Assembly (NCBI GenBank): GCA_964619955.1
Contig: CAZUJF010000004.1
Span: 10,595-74,594, forward strand
Length of the DNA: 64,000 bases
Direction: 5' to 3'
From: an uncultured Planctomycetales bacterium
Lineage (GTDB): Bacteria > Planctomycetota > MHYJ01 > JACPRB01
The notes beneath the pieces are model-generated. The model did no database searches, was not told where the DNA came from, and saw nothing but the letters and a program-made list of their open reading frames with translations. Below, piece by piece: positions 47,096 through 56,465 of the stretch. Every line of letters begins with the position of its first letter. The first letter of the stretch is position 1. Made by a program: the position numbers and the translations under genes.

Positions 47096-50000
47096 TTGAT
47101 GGCGGACCAGGCCCCCCTCCCCTCCTGCGCCTGCGGCGCCGCCCTGGCGCCGGGCGTCGCCGTCTGCCCCGCCTGCGCCGCCAAGCCGGCCCCGGACGCG
47201 TCCCTCCTGAAGATCTCCAAACAGACCAGCACGCCCGCCACCGCCCGCCGGGCGCCGGGCACCACGACCCCGGCCCCCAAACACGAGCCTTCCCGCGAGC
47301 CGCCCCTGCCCGCCCCCATCAAGGGCTACAGCTTCGTCAAGCGGCTGGGCTCGGGCGGCATGGGGGACGTCTACCTCGCGCGCCAGGAAAGCCTCGACCG
47401 GCTCGTCGCCATCAAGCTGCTGCCCCCGGAACTGGCCAAGGACAAGGCCTACGTCGAGGGCTTCATGCGCGAGGCCCGCTCGGCGGGCCGGGTCACCCAC
47501 GAGAACATCATGGGGTCCATCGACGTCGGCGAATCCGAAGGCCGCTACTACTTCGTCATGGAGTACGTGAAGGGCGAGACGCTCTTCCGCCTCATCAAAC
47601 AGGAAAAGAAGCTCGGCGAGGTGAAGGCCCTCACCCTCGCCCGGCAGATTTCGCGCGGCCTGCGTCATGCCCACCAGCTCAACATCATCCACCGCGACAT
47701 CAAACCCAAGAACATCCTCATCACCCCCGAGGGGACCGCCAAGATCTGCGACTTCGGCCTCGCCACCACCGTCAAGGCCCTCGACGGCGCGGCCGGGGAC
47801 GACGATGAGACCGTCCACACGACCCCGGCGTACGCGTCGCCCGAGCAGTGCCGCGCGGACCCCCTCGACCACCGCAGCGACATCTATTCGCTCGGCGTCT
47901 CGCTGTTCGAGATGCTCACGGGGCGGCGCCCCTTCACCGCCGCCACGTCCCAGGAGCTGATGACCAAGCAGGTCACCGAGCCCCCGCCCGACCCCCGCAC
48001 CCTCAACCCCCAGATTTCCGAGGGCGCGGCCAAGCTGACCCTGCGCATGCTGCGCAAGCACCGCGACGAGCGCTTCAAGGATTACGACGAGCTCCTCCGC
48101 GTGCTCGACGGCCTGCTCGGGCCCCGCACCGGAAGGCACAGCGCTCCGCCCGCGGCGCTCGAGGGCGCCCCGCGCGAGGGCGGCGGCAGGAAACCGCTGC
48201 TGATCGGCGCTTCCGCCGCGGCGGCGGTCCTCATCCTCGTCCTCGCCCTGGTCTTCCGGGGCGGCCCGCCCGCGCCCCCGCCCGCTCCCGCGCCCGCGCC
48301 GGTCTCCAAGGCGTCCCTGCTGGAAGCCGAGGTGAAACGGCTGCTCGAGGAAATGCGGGGCGTGCAGAAGGAGGCGCAGGGGAAACACGGGGAATACGAC
48401 CTCGTCCGCGCCCGCTGGAAGGAGCTGGAGGAGCGTTTCGCCGGAAAGCCCGCGCAGGCGCTCTTCGCCGCCGCCCGCATCGACTTCGAGAAATCCGTGG
48501 GCGAGGAGGCCGAGACCATCGCGAAGGATCTCATCAGCGACGCCGACGCCCATCTCAAACTGGGCCGCCCCGCGGAGGCCCTGCAGGCGCTGAAGAAATT
48601 CCCCGTCGAGCTGTCGGCCACGCCGGCCGGCAACCGCGTCGCCCAGAAGGCGCTGGCGGCGGAGAACGCGATCAACACCCGCTTCAATGAAGGGCTCCAG
48701 AAGGCGTCCCAGCTGCTGGCCGCCGAGAAGCCGCTCGAGGCCCGGCGCGAGGCGACGGCCCTGATTTCGGCGCTCTCGCTCGACGCCCCCTCGGGGGAGG
48801 GCCGGACCCAGATGCGGCAGCAGCTGGACGAGTTCCTCCGGCGCGTGTCCGACGCCGAGGCGCTCGCGGCCAAGAAACCCGAGCCCGCCGCCCCCGTGGA
48901 GACCGCCAAGGTGCCCGTGCCGGCCAAGACCCCCGAGCCGCCCGTGCCGGGGACGCCGGCGCCCGCCGTGCCCGCCGGGCGCACGGCCAAGGTCCGGCCC
49001 GCCGCGGGCGCCGCCCTGATCCACTACTCCGTCCTGCGCAGCCCCGTGGAACGGGCCGAGACCGAGAAGCGCAGCGCCGCGGCCGGCTGGTTCGGCAACC
49101 GCACGGTCCCCTTCGCGTTCTGGCGCGCCGCCGCGGTGTTCCTGAACCGCAGCGACGAGCAGTGGAAGCTCCAGGGTCCCGTGCAGGCGGCCCTCGGCGA
49201 GTATCTCGAGGCCGTTCCCGTGCTCACCGAGGCCTCGGATCCGCTGACGCCGGAGCAGCACCAGTCCCTGCTGGAACTGCTCGCCCAGAAGATCTCCACG
49301 GCCGGCGCCGAGCCGGTCGAGGCGCTGCAGCTCTTCGCGCTCGCCCACCTCCAGGAACTGACCCGGAAGAAGCTGAAGGTCGACCCCGCCCTGCTCCTGC
49401 AGGCCCGGCTGGGCAAGGCCCCCGCCGGCGACCTCTGGGGTCCGGTCTCCTCCGTGGCGCGCCTCGAAATGGCCGGCATGCTCTCCAAGCCCCCGGGCCT
49501 CTGGCTGGCCAAGGCCGCCGAGTCGGCGTCCCTGTCCCCCGACTTCGCGACGCGCTACCTCGGCGCCCTCTGCGCGGTGAAGGAACTGAGCTTCGACGCC
49601 GCCGCCGTCACCGACCGCTGGAAGAAGCTCGCCGGCTCCACCACCGACCCGGCCTGGATCAAGATCTGCGACACCGTCGTCGACCGCATCAAGGCCGAAA
49701 CCACCTGCGAGCTGTGCAGCGGCCAGGGCCGCTACGCCTGCAGCGCCTGCCTCGGCCTGGGCGCCCAGGTCTGCCTCCCCTGCAAGAGCACGGGCAAGAT
49801 CATCGACCCCTCCGAGGGCGGTTCCATCACCTGCACGGCCTGCCGGGGCCGCCGCGTCATCGCCTGCCCCACCTGCACGGGGCAGAAGGCCGTCAAATGC
49901 CCGGCCTGCGACGGCAAGAAGTCCCGCCCCTCCGTCACGGGGTCGCATTTCCGCCTCTTCGCCGACCTCGCCCTCTGCACGGCCTGCGACGGCTCGGGCA

Positions 50001-51193
50001 GCCTCTTCACGCTCGTCGGCTTTCCCTGCGCCGCCTGCGACGGCTACGGACGCGTCATGGCGGACGTGCCCCCGGATTTCGCCCGGCTGCCCTCCTGGAC
50101 CTCCCGCGGACGCGAGGGCCGCATGCTCTTCTACGCGCTCCGCTGGCTGGCGCGGCACGCCGCCCCGGACGGCAGCTGGAACCCCTCCACCTGGAGCACC
50201 GCCTGCAAGGAACCCGGCTGCAAACCCGCGCCGGCCACCGTGCTCGAAACCGGGGCCACGAGCCTGGCCCTCGTGGCGTTCCTCAACGCCGGGCTCGGGC
50301 CCGAAAGCGACGCCGTCCTCGGCGGCGTGGCCGTCGGCCCGCTGATCAAGCGGACGATCCACGCCCTGCTCTCGCACCAGGCCGCCGACGGCATGATCTC
50401 GAAGGGGGCCACGGCCAAACCCGTGCTCGAGAACCACCTGGCCGTGTACGCCCTCTTCGCCGCCGCGCAGCTGATCCCCTCCTCCTCGCAGTGGTCCGAC
50501 GGGGAGCGCGCCGGCGTGCGCGAGGCCGCGCTCAAGGCGCTGCGCTGGGACCTGACGGTGCAGACCAAGGGCGGCGGCTGGGGCTACGTCCCCGCGGCCC
50601 CCAGCGACACCTGGATGACGTCGTGGGGGGCGATGGCCCTCCTCGCGGGCCGGGAGGCCGGCGTCGAGATCCCCAAGCCGAACCTCGCCTACATCCTCCA
50701 GTGGTACGACAGCGTGACGGACAAGAAGGACGGGCACCTCTTCTACTCGCCCCAGCTGCCCGGCAAGGTCAACCTGACCGGGAACGAGACCTACGCGCAT
50801 CACGACACGCTGACCGCGTTCGCCAGCCTCGCGCGGCTCCAGATCGAGGGCCGGCCTTCCGCCGGCTACGCCGCCGCAGACAAGCTCATCGAGAAGGACC
50901 TGCCGAACCCCGACCCGCTGCGGCGCGACTACGTCTATTGGTACTTCGGCACGCTCTTCACCGCGCACCGGGAGCAGCGCAAGGGCGCCGGCTGGACCAC
51001 CTGGACGCAGGCCCTGGGCCGCGAACTGCTCTCGCTGCAGGATGTCGCGGACAACTGCTCGCTGGGAAGCTTCCCCGTCCAGGAGCGCTGGGCCGCCGCG
51101 GGCGGCAAGGTCTACGGGGCGGCCATGAACGCGCTGAGCCTCACGCAGATGCTCGGCACCCGTCCGACGCCGCCGCCGTCCGGGAAAAAATAG
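47096..51193 (+). CDS. multi-domain Ser/Thr protein kinase: zinc ribbon + kinase domain + TM + helical/TPR-like region + DnaJ-type CxxCxGxG zinc finger + prenyltransferase/squalene-cyclase-like toroid repeat domain
   Basis: Kinase motifs GSGGMGDVY, AIK, HRDIKPKNILI, DFGLA, and APE-like (SPEQ). One TM segment (LLIGASAAAAVLILVLALVF). Four-fold CxxCxGxG (CELCSGQG, CSACLGLG, CTACRGRR, CPACDGKK). The C-terminus has the same toroid repeats as the 27215 gene. Confidence 0.85.
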   Translation: MMADQAPLPSCACGAALAPGVAVCPACAAKPAPDASLLKISKQTSTPATARRAPGTTTPAPKHEPSREPPLPAPIKGYSFVKRLGSGGMGDVYLARQESLDRLVAIKLLPPELAKDKAYVEGFMREARSAGRVTHENIMGSIDVGESEGRYYFVMEYVKGETLFRLIKQEKKLGEVKALTLARQISRGLRHAHQLNIIHRDIKPKNILITPEGTAKICDFGLATTVKALDGAAGDDDETVHTTPAYASPEQCRADPLDHRSDIYSLGVSLFEMLTGRRPFTAATSQELMTKQVTEPPPDPRTLNPQISEGAAKLTLRMLRKHRDERFKDYDELLRVLDGLLGPRTGRHSAPPAALEGAPREGGGRKPLLIGASAAAAVLILVLALVFRGGPPAPPPAPAPAPVSKASLLEAEVKRLLEEMRGVQKEAQGKHGEYDLVRARWKELEERFAGKPAQALFAAARIDFEKSVGEEAETIAKDLISDADAHLKLGRPAEALQALKKFPVELSATPAGNRVAQKALAAENAINTRFNEGLQKASQLLAAEKPLEARREATALISALSLDAPSGEGRTQMRQQLDEFLRRVSDAEALAAKKPEPAAPVETAKVPVPAKTPEPPVPGTPAPAVPAGRTAKVRPAAGAALIHYSVLRSPVERAETEKRSAAAGWFGNRTVPFAFWRAAAVFLNRSDEQWKLQGPVQAALGEYLEAVPVLTEASDPLTPEQHQSLLELLAQKISTAGAEPVEALQLFALAHLQELTRKKLKVDPALLLQARLGKAPAGDLWGPVSSVARLEMAGMLSKPPGLWLAKAAESASLSPDFATRYLGALCAVKELSFDAAAVTDRWKKLAGSTTDPAWIKICDTVVDRIKAETTCELCSGQGRYACSACLGLGAQVCLPCKSTGKIIDPSEGGSITCTACRGRRVIACPTCTGQKAVKCPACDGKKSRPSVTGSHFRLFADLALCTACDGSGSLFTLVGFPCAACDGYGRVMADVPPDFARLPSWTSRGREGRMLFYALRWLARHAAPDGSWNPSTWSTACKEPGCKPAPATVLETGATSLALVAFLNAGLGPESDAVLGGVAVGPLIKRTIHALLSHQAADGMISKGATAKPVLENHLAVYALFAAAQLIPSSSQWSDGERAGVREAALKALRWDLTVQTKGGGWGYVPAAPSDTWMTSWGAMALLAGREAGVEIPKPNLAYILQWYDSVTDKKDGHLFYSPQLPGKVNLTGNETYAHHDTLTAFASLARLQIEGRPSAGYAAADKLIEKDLPNPDPLRRDYVYWYFGTLFTAHREQRKGAGWTTWTQALGRELLSLQDVADNCSLGSFPVQERWAAAGGKVYGAAMNALSLTQMLGTRPTPPPSGKK

Positions 51194-51230
51194 ACGAAGT
51201 CCGGCCGCCCGCGGTGTCTCTTCCTGTGAT

Positions 51231-52184
51231 ATGAAAGCCGTCCTGCTGCTGATCCTCGCCCCGCTGCTGCTCCAGGACAACGCCGTCTCCGAGGCCTTCA
51301 AGGGCCTGGGAGGAGAGGACGCCGAGCAGCGGAAGGCGTCGTTCGAGGTGCTCAAGGCCGCGCCGGACGCGCCCACGCAGACGAAACTCAAGAAGACGCT
51401 GGGCACGCTGGGCACGACCTGGCTGAAGAAGGCGCAGACCGAGCGCGCCCGGGCGCTGAGGGTCCTCGCGGTCCAGTCCCGCAAGGGCTGGAACCCCCTG
51501 GAGATCGCCGAAAAACAGAAGGCGCTGCAGGCGCTGCTCGGGGCCGGCAACACCAAGGCCATGGAAGCGCCGGTGAAGGAGCTCTGGAAGCGCACGTTCT
51601 TCGAGACGCAGGAGGCGGACAAGGACGAGAAATTCGCCGCCGCGAAGGCCCGGATCGACGAGATCGCCGCCTGGCAGAAAGCCGCCGGGGTCCCTGAGAA
51701 AGAGGGCCTGGCGCAGCTGGCGAAGGACCACTTCCGCAGCCAGGACGAGACCCAGACCTTCGCGCTGCTGGAGAAGCGCGACGCGAAGATCATGGCGGAC
51801 AACGCCGCGCTCCGCGAGAAGATCCCGGCGCCGGAGTACGCGCAGATCTGGCAGACCAACCTCTACCGGATCGTCTTCGGCCGCGCGCCGCTGAAGATCG
51901 ACGTGAAGCTCTGCGAGGCGGCGCGGGACCACTCGAAGGACATGAAGGAGAAGGACTTCTTCGACCACATGTCCCCCGTGCCGGGCAAGCGCACGCCGGG
52001 CGACCGGGCGGCGCGGATGGGGACCTCCGCGGGCGGCGAGAACATCTTCATGGGCAGCCCGAAGCCGGAGGACTCCTTCTGGGCCTGGTTCTTCAGCCTC
52101 GGCCACCACCAGAACATGGTCCGCGACTACGCCACCCTCGGCGTCGGCAACTTCGAGAAGTTCTGGACCCAGATGTTCGGGTAG
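51231..52184 (+). CDS. secreted CAP (CRISP/Ag5/PR-1, SCP-like) domain protein
   Basis: Signal peptide. The C-terminal HMSPVPGKRTPGDRAARMG...GENI..G......AWFFSLGHHQNMV..YATLGVG matches the CAP domain signature. Confidence 0.7.
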   Translation: MKAVLLLILAPLLLQDNAVSEAFKGLGGEDAEQRKASFEVLKAAPDAPTQTKLKKTLGTLGTTWLKKAQTERARALRVLAVQSRKGWNPLEIAEKQKALQALLGAGNTKAMEAPVKELWKRTFFETQEADKDEKFAAAKARIDEIAAWQKAAGVPEKEGLAQLAKDHFRSQDETQTFALLEKRDAKIMADNAALREKIPAPEYAQIWQTNLYRIVFGRAPLKIDVKLCEAARDHSKDMKEKDFFDHMSPVPGKRTPGDRAARMGTSAGGENIFMGSPKPEDSFWAWFFSLGHHQNMVRDYATLGVGNFEKFWTQMFG

Positions 52185-52209
52185 GGGCCGCCGTCCCCGC
52201 CTGGCCGCG

Positions 52210-52225
52210 ACTGCGGCCGACCCTC
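52210..52225. terminator. short palindrome GGCCGC-gact-GCGGCC between convergent genes, a possible bidirectional terminator
   Basis: 6-bp GC stem. No U-tract. Confidence 0.25.
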
Positions 52226-52230
52226 GCCTA

Positions 52231-52860
52231 TCAGTCGTCTCCCCCGCTCCAGCGCCCCGTGAAGAGGCCCTTGAGCTGCTCATGCGACGGCCACTGCCTG
52301 GGGCGCTTTCCCGTGGCCGGGAATCGGATGATCGTGTTGCCTTCGTTCAAGAGGTAATCGAAGCCCCCCGTGACGCCCGGCTCCGCAGGATAGGCGACGA
52401 ATCCAAACTTGCTGTGGTGATGAACCTTGCCGCGGGCCGGACTGCCCCCGGTGTCCTGCCCGTAGAATCGCTCGGCGCGCACGGGATCGGATTCGTCGGT
52501 CTCGAGCGCCGCGAAATAATATCCCCTGTAGGGCCGGGGGGCTTTCACCATCGGCCGGAGCGGATCCGCATCCGCTTCCGCAAGTTCCCTCGCGATCAGC
52601 TGAAGTTCCCGGCCCTGGATCACGAGATTGAAGAGCCCGGCGACATCCCCCGTCCAAAAGTCGTTCACCCCGTTCCCGTCCCGGTCGTTCGCCCGGAAAT
52701 CGGCCTCGGCGCTGGCGAGCGTCTTGAGGGCCGCCGACACGCTGCGCTCATTCGAAGCGATTTGCGACTGCCTCAACCCCCGCAGAGCGAATCCTCCGAT
52801 GACGACCAGAGCGACGCCCAGCAGCGAATACACGATGATCCGGCGTTTCTTCCGTGCCAT
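52231..52860 (-). CDS. hypothetical N-terminally membrane-anchored protein
   Basis: MARKKRRIIVYSLLGVALVVIGGFAL signal anchor, then a soluble domain (ALKTLASAEADFRANDRDGNGVNDFW). No confident family assignment. Confidence 0.5.
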   Translation of the reverse strand: MARKKRRIIVYSLLGVALVVIGGFALRGLRQSQIASNERSVSAALKTLASAEADFRANDRDGNGVNDFWTGDVAGLFNLVIQGRELQLIARELAEADADPLRPMVKAPRPYRGYYFAALETDESDPVRAERFYGQDTGGSPARGKVHHHSKFGFVAYPAEPGVTGGFDYLLNEGNTIIRFPATGKRPRQWPSHEQLKGLFTGRWSGGDD

Positions 52861-52895
52861 GGCTAAGAGTAGTGTACCCCGGCCTGGAGCGGAGG

Positions 52896-52938
52896 GGGCT
52901 CAGGCCCCGGCGCAGACGCGGCCGTGCGCGTCGCGGTG
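52896..52938. repeat. 43-bp direct repeat copy A: a duplicate of the 3' end of the thiF/moeB-like gene (42/43 identical to 53980-54022)
   Basis: GGGCTCAGGCCCCGGCGCAGACGCGGCcGTGCGCGTCGCGGTG. On the minus strand it encodes HRDAHGRVCAGA*, compared with the true gene end HRDAHCRVCAGA*. Confidence 0.8.
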
Positions 52939-52993
52939 CGTTTGCGTGTGGGCAGCCTCTGCGCGTGAAGGGGGCAGCCGTCCTCGTGAAGGC

Positions 52994-53374
52994 TCAGGCC
53001 AGCTTCGATTTGCGGACGCGGCGCCGCATGGGCTTCCGCCCGGTACCCACGGCACCCTTCACCAGGGCTTCAAAGGCCGAGCCCGCCTTGCCGGAGAGCG
53101 CCCGGCCGTCGCCCTGCAACGGCAGTTCAAGGATCATCCCCAGCGTGACGCAATTCCCGGCCAGTTCAGGCTTCTCGACGATCGTGATTTTCAGTTGGCT
53201 CTTCGCGGCACGCACCACGAGGCTTCGATAAAACCGCGCCTTCCGGCGCCAGAGCTTCAACCGTTCGATGCGGGCCTCGCTCCCGATGTTCCCGGGAACG
53301 ATCCCCCGCTTTTCCAATTCCAGCCCGCGCCGGCCCCATTCCTCGGACTGTTTGTCGAACCTCATCGCGTTCAC
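52994..53374 (-). CDS. hypothetical protein (cargo of the putative integrated cassette)
   Basis: 126 aa. ATGA overlap with the upstream GNAT gene. No recognised motif. Confidence 0.45.
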   Translation of the reverse strand: MNAMRFDKQSEEWGRRGLELEKRGIVPGNIGSEARIERLKLWRRKARFYRSLVVRAAKSQLKITIVEKPELAGNCVTLGMILELPLQGDGRALSGKAGSAFEALVKGAVGTGRKPMRRRVRKSKLA

Positions 53375-53376
53375 TC

Positions 53377-53952
53377 CTACAGCCTACCCGAAAACTCCAG
53401 GTAGTGACAGCCGTCCTCGCGGGGATCGGCTCCGAGATCCCGAAACCCCTGCGCCTTGTAATAGCGGATCGCCCCGGGCAGCGAATGAAGCCCCAGCCTC
53501 CCCTGCCACCCACGGCGGAAGCTTTCACTTCGCGCGACGGCCAGCAGCGCCGACCCGCACCCGATCACGCTCCGGGGATCCCGAAGACTCGCCCGATTGT
53601 CAGGCGCGACACTGAGGTACTCGACATACGCCTGGGGGCGGTTTGAAACCCGCGTCCGGTGCCTGACGCCGGAAACCTCGATGATCATCAGACCTTGCAA
53701 CTCTCCAAGCGCCCAGAGCGAAAAGGGGAGATACCTGCCAAGACCCGCGGCCTCGGCCAGCGAGAATTCTTTCAGGAAGCGCGACCAATTCCAGCCCGCA
53801 TCGGCCTCACCCTGCGCCGCGAGGCGGCGTTGCCACGCTTTGGCCCGCAGCCTTGCTTTTCGCCCGATCCCGGCTTCGATCGTCCCTTCGATCCCGGACG
53901 GGATGAAACCGCCTTCCTTATCGGGCTCGTTCCACAGCAGGCTGACGCGCAA
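53377..53952 (-). CDS. GNAT-family N-acetyltransferase
   Basis: The C-terminal acetyl-CoA-binding region VIGCGSALLAVARSESFRRGWQGRLGLHSLPGAIRYYKAQGFRDLG (Q/R-x-x-G-x-G/A pattern). Confidence 0.65.
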   Translation of the reverse strand: MRVSLLWNEPDKEGGFIPSGIEGTIEAGIGRKARLRAKAWQRRLAAQGEADAGWNWSRFLKEFSLAEAAGLGRYLPFSLWALGELQGLMIIEVSGVRHRTRVSNRPQAYVEYLSVAPDNRASLRDPRSVIGCGSALLAVARSESFRRGWQGRLGLHSLPGAIRYYKAQGFRDLGADPREDGCHYLEFSGRL

Positions 53953-53979
53953 TCAAGCACCCCGCTCCTCAAGACGCCC

Positions 53980-54022
53980 GGGCTCAGGCCCCGGCGCAGA
54001 CGCGGCAGTGCGCGTCGCGGTG
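53980..54022. repeat. 43-bp direct repeat copy B: the authentic 3' coding end of the thiF/moeB-like gene
   Basis: Identical to 52896-52938 except for one position. The pair brackets the GNAT + hypothetical cassette (about 1.04 kb). Confidence 0.8.
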
Positions 54023-54739
54023 GACCTTGAGCGTGCGGAACTCCATCGTCCGCAGGTCGGCGTGCAGGAGCCGGCCCACGAGCGGCTCGCCGAGGCCGCA
54101 GATGACCTTCACGGCCTCCGTCGCCGCGAGGCAGCCCAGCGCGCCCGCCACCGCCCCCAGCACCGGGAACTGCCGCTTCCAGGCGGGCGGATCGTCGGGA
54201 TACAGGCACGCGAGGCAGGGCCCCTTCCCCGGCAGAATCGTCGTCAGGCGCCCCTCGAACTCGTACATCGCCGCGTCCACCATCGGCTTGCCGCGCTTCA
54301 CGATCTCCCCGTTCAGCGCAAAACGCTCCTGGAAGAGCGGCGCGGCGTCCACCACGAGGTCCGCCTCCCCCACCAGCCGCGCGACGTTCGAGGCGTCCAC
54401 GTTCGCCGGGACCGTGAGCAGTTCCACCCGCGGATTCAGCTCGCGCAGGCGGGCCGACGCCGACTCCACCCGCTTCTTGCCGATCCCCGCGGCCGTCATC
54501 AGCGTCTGCCGGTTCAGGTCCCCCGCGCGGATCTTCCCCTCGTGCGCCAGGATGAGCTTCCCCACCCCCGCCGCCGCCAGGTACGTCGCCGCCGCGCCGC
54601 CCACCCCGCCGATGCGCGTCACCAGGACCGAGGCCGCCTTGAGCTTCTCCTGCGCCGCCTCCCCGAAGCCGGGGATGGACAGCTGCCACTCGTAGACGGC
54701 TTTCTCATCGCTGCTCAGCAGGGCGCGGGAGCGGGGCAT
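53984..54739 (-). CDS. ThiF/MoeB/HesA-family E1-like adenylyltransferase
   Basis: Nucleotide-binding motif VLVTRIGGVGGAAATYLAAAGVGKL. CxxC zinc motifs CLACL and CRVCAG. 251 aa. Confidence 0.85.
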   Translation of the reverse strand: MPRSRALLSSDEKAVYEWQLSIPGFGEAAQEKLKAASVLVTRIGGVGGAAATYLAAAGVGKLILAHEGKIRAGDLNRQTLMTAAGIGKKRVESASARLRELNPRVELLTVPANVDASNVARLVGEADLVVDAAPLFQERFALNGEIVKRGKPMVDAAMYEFEGRLTTILPGKGPCLACLYPDDPPAWKRQFPVLGAVAGALGCLAATEAVKVICGLGEPLVGRLLHADLRTMEFRTLKVHRDAHCRVCAGA

Positions 54740-55018
54740 CTATCCTCCGGAGATCGGGGTCAGGATCGTGACGTTGTCCCCACCCTTCAACAGCCGGTGG
54801 TCGCCGGAGCGCACCTGCTCGTCGCCGAGGACGACCAGCAGCGCGGGATGAGGACAGCCGTGCGTGTCGAGGGCCAGCAGGCGGAACGCCGTGCCGTGCT
54901 GGCGCGCCAGGCGGACGATGAGGTCGTGCACCGAGATGGGCTCGTCGAGGTCGATCTCCTCCCGGTCCAGCCCCGTCGCCGCGCGCGCCTGAGCCGAGTA
55001 GCGGATGTTCAGCTTCAT
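54740..55018 (-). CDS. MoaD/ThiS-family ubiquitin-like sulfur carrier protein (C-terminal GG)
   Basis: 92 aa ending ...NVTILTPISGG*. Sits immediately upstream of thiF/moeB, with stop-start abutting at 54739/54740. Confidence 0.75.
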   Translation of the reverse strand: MKLNIRYSAQARAATGLDREEIDLDEPISVHDLIVRLARQHGTAFRLLALDTHGCPHPALLVVLGDEQVRSGDHRLLKGGDNVTILTPISGG

Positions 55019-55674
55019 GATGCCGGATCCCCGTTGCGTTGCTCGCGGACGCAGCCGCCGTCCAGGATGAACACGCGGTCGGCCAGGCGGCGCGCCTCCT
55101 CGACGCGATGCGTCACGTGCAGCGCCGTCAGCTGCTCGCGACCCCGAAGCGTCCGCAGCAGCTCCACCAGGCCTTCCCAGGTCTCATCATCCAGCGCGCC
55201 GAGCGGCTCGTCAAGCAGGAGCACCTTCGGACGCGCGGCCAGCGCCCGGCCCAGAGCGACCCGCTGCGCCTCGCCGCCGCTCAGCCCCTGCGGGAGACGG
55301 TCCAGCAGGCCCCGGATCCCCAGCAGGTCGGCCAGCTCGCCGACGCGGACGGCGATCTCGGACTCCGCCCAGCCCCGCACCCGCGGCCCGAATGCGAGAT
55401 TCTCGCGCACCGTCAGCGTCTTGAAGAGGGCCAGGTCCTGCGGCACATACCCGATCCCGCGCTCCGCGGGAGGAAGTGCCGTCACGTCCACGCCCCCGAG
55501 CCGGATGCGTCCCGCTTCGGGCTCGCGCAGGCCCGCGACGCATTCGAGGATCGTGGTCTTGCCGCCGCCCGTGCGGCCCATCAGGACCCCGTAGGCCCCC
55601 GCGGGGATCTCGAGCGAGATCCCGGCGAGCGCGAACGCCCCGCTGCGGACCGCGAGATGCTCGATCGAAATCAT
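55015..55674 (-). CDS. ABC transporter ATP-binding protein (ModC/TupC-like)
   Basis: Start MISIEHLAV at 55674 (ATGA overlap with the permease gene). Walker A GRTGGGKTT, signature LSGGEAQRVALGRAL, Walker B VLLLDEP. The rest of ORF 55015..57258 is rejected. Confidence 0.85.
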   Translation of the reverse strand: MISIEHLAVRSGAFALAGISLEIPAGAYGVLMGRTGGGKTTILECVAGLREPEAGRIRLGGVDVTALPPAERGIGYVPQDLALFKTLTVRENLAFGPRVRGWAESEIAVRVGELADLLGIRGLLDRLPQGLSGGEAQRVALGRALAARPKVLLLDEPLGALDDETWEGLVELLRTLRGREQLTALHVTHRVEEARRLADRVFILDGGCVREQRNGDPAS

Positions 55675-56462
55675 GGCCGCGGAACCCCCGCGCGACGCAC
55701 GGCCAGGATCACGATCACCGCCAGCAGGATCATCAGCAGCGAGACCGCCACGGCGGATTTCAACTGGCCCACGGACAGCTCGAGAAACACGGTCGTCGAG
55801 AGCACCTCCGTGCGCATCCGCGTCGCCCCCGAGAACACGAGCACGGGGCCGAATTCGCCCAGGGCCCGGGCCCACGCGAGGGTGCCCGCCGCAAGCATGC
55901 CCCGGCGGGCCTCCGGAAGCGTGACCCGGAAGAACGCCTGCGCCCGCGTGCAGCCCAGCGTCAGCGCGACGTCCTCGGTGCGCGGCGGGATCTGATCGAA
56001 CGCCGTTTTCATCGTCCGTACCGCGAACGCCGCCGAGACGGCGAACTGCGCGAGGATCACGCTCGGCACCGCATACGTGACGTTGAAGAACGTCCGCTCG
56101 AACCAGCGCGCGGGCGCCGTCTGAAACAAAATCAGGAGACTGAGACCCACCACCAGGGGAGGAAGCACGATGGGGATGTCGACGAGCGCATCCACGAGCG
56201 CCCGCCCCGGAAAACGCCGCCGCGAGAGCAGATAGCCCAGCGGAACGGCCACGAGCAGGGAAAGCAGCGCGGCGATCATCGACGTCGCCAGACTCAGCTT
56301 GATCGAGAACTGGATGTTCTTGTCCGCGAGCGCGCGGAGCAGGTCCAGCGGGCCGGCATAGAAGAAGTCGGCGCCCAGCATCAGGACGATGAGCAGGATA
56401 TAGCCCCCGCCCAGGAGGGAGAGCCCGAGGAGGAAGGGCCGGTCGACGCGCGAGAGGGCCAT
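55671..56462 (-). CDS. ABC transporter permease (ModB/TupB/CysTW-like)
   Basis: Six TM segments and an EAA-like loop (ALTLGCTRAQAFFRVTLPEARRGMLAG). Confidence 0.8.
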   Translation of the reverse strand: MALSRVDRPFLLGLSLLGGGYILLIVLMLGADFFYAGPLDLLRALADKNIQFSIKLSLATSMIAALLSLLVAVPLGYLLSRRRFPGRALVDALVDIPIVLPPLVVGLSLLILFQTAPARWFERTFFNVTYAVPSVILAQFAVSAAFAVRTMKTAFDQIPPRTEDVALTLGCTRAQAFFRVTLPEARRGMLAAGTLAWARALGEFGPVLVFSGATRMRTEVLSTTVFLELSVGQLKSAVAVSLLMILLAVIVILAVRRAGVPRP

Positions 56463-56465
56463 GGA

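Noticed and set aside
46991-51859. 1622-aa minus-strand ORF, and ORFs 49162..51234, 47848..48690 and 47035..47808
   Set aside because: They are antisense or out of frame relative to the Ser/Thr kinase gene, whose kinase motifs fix the true frame.
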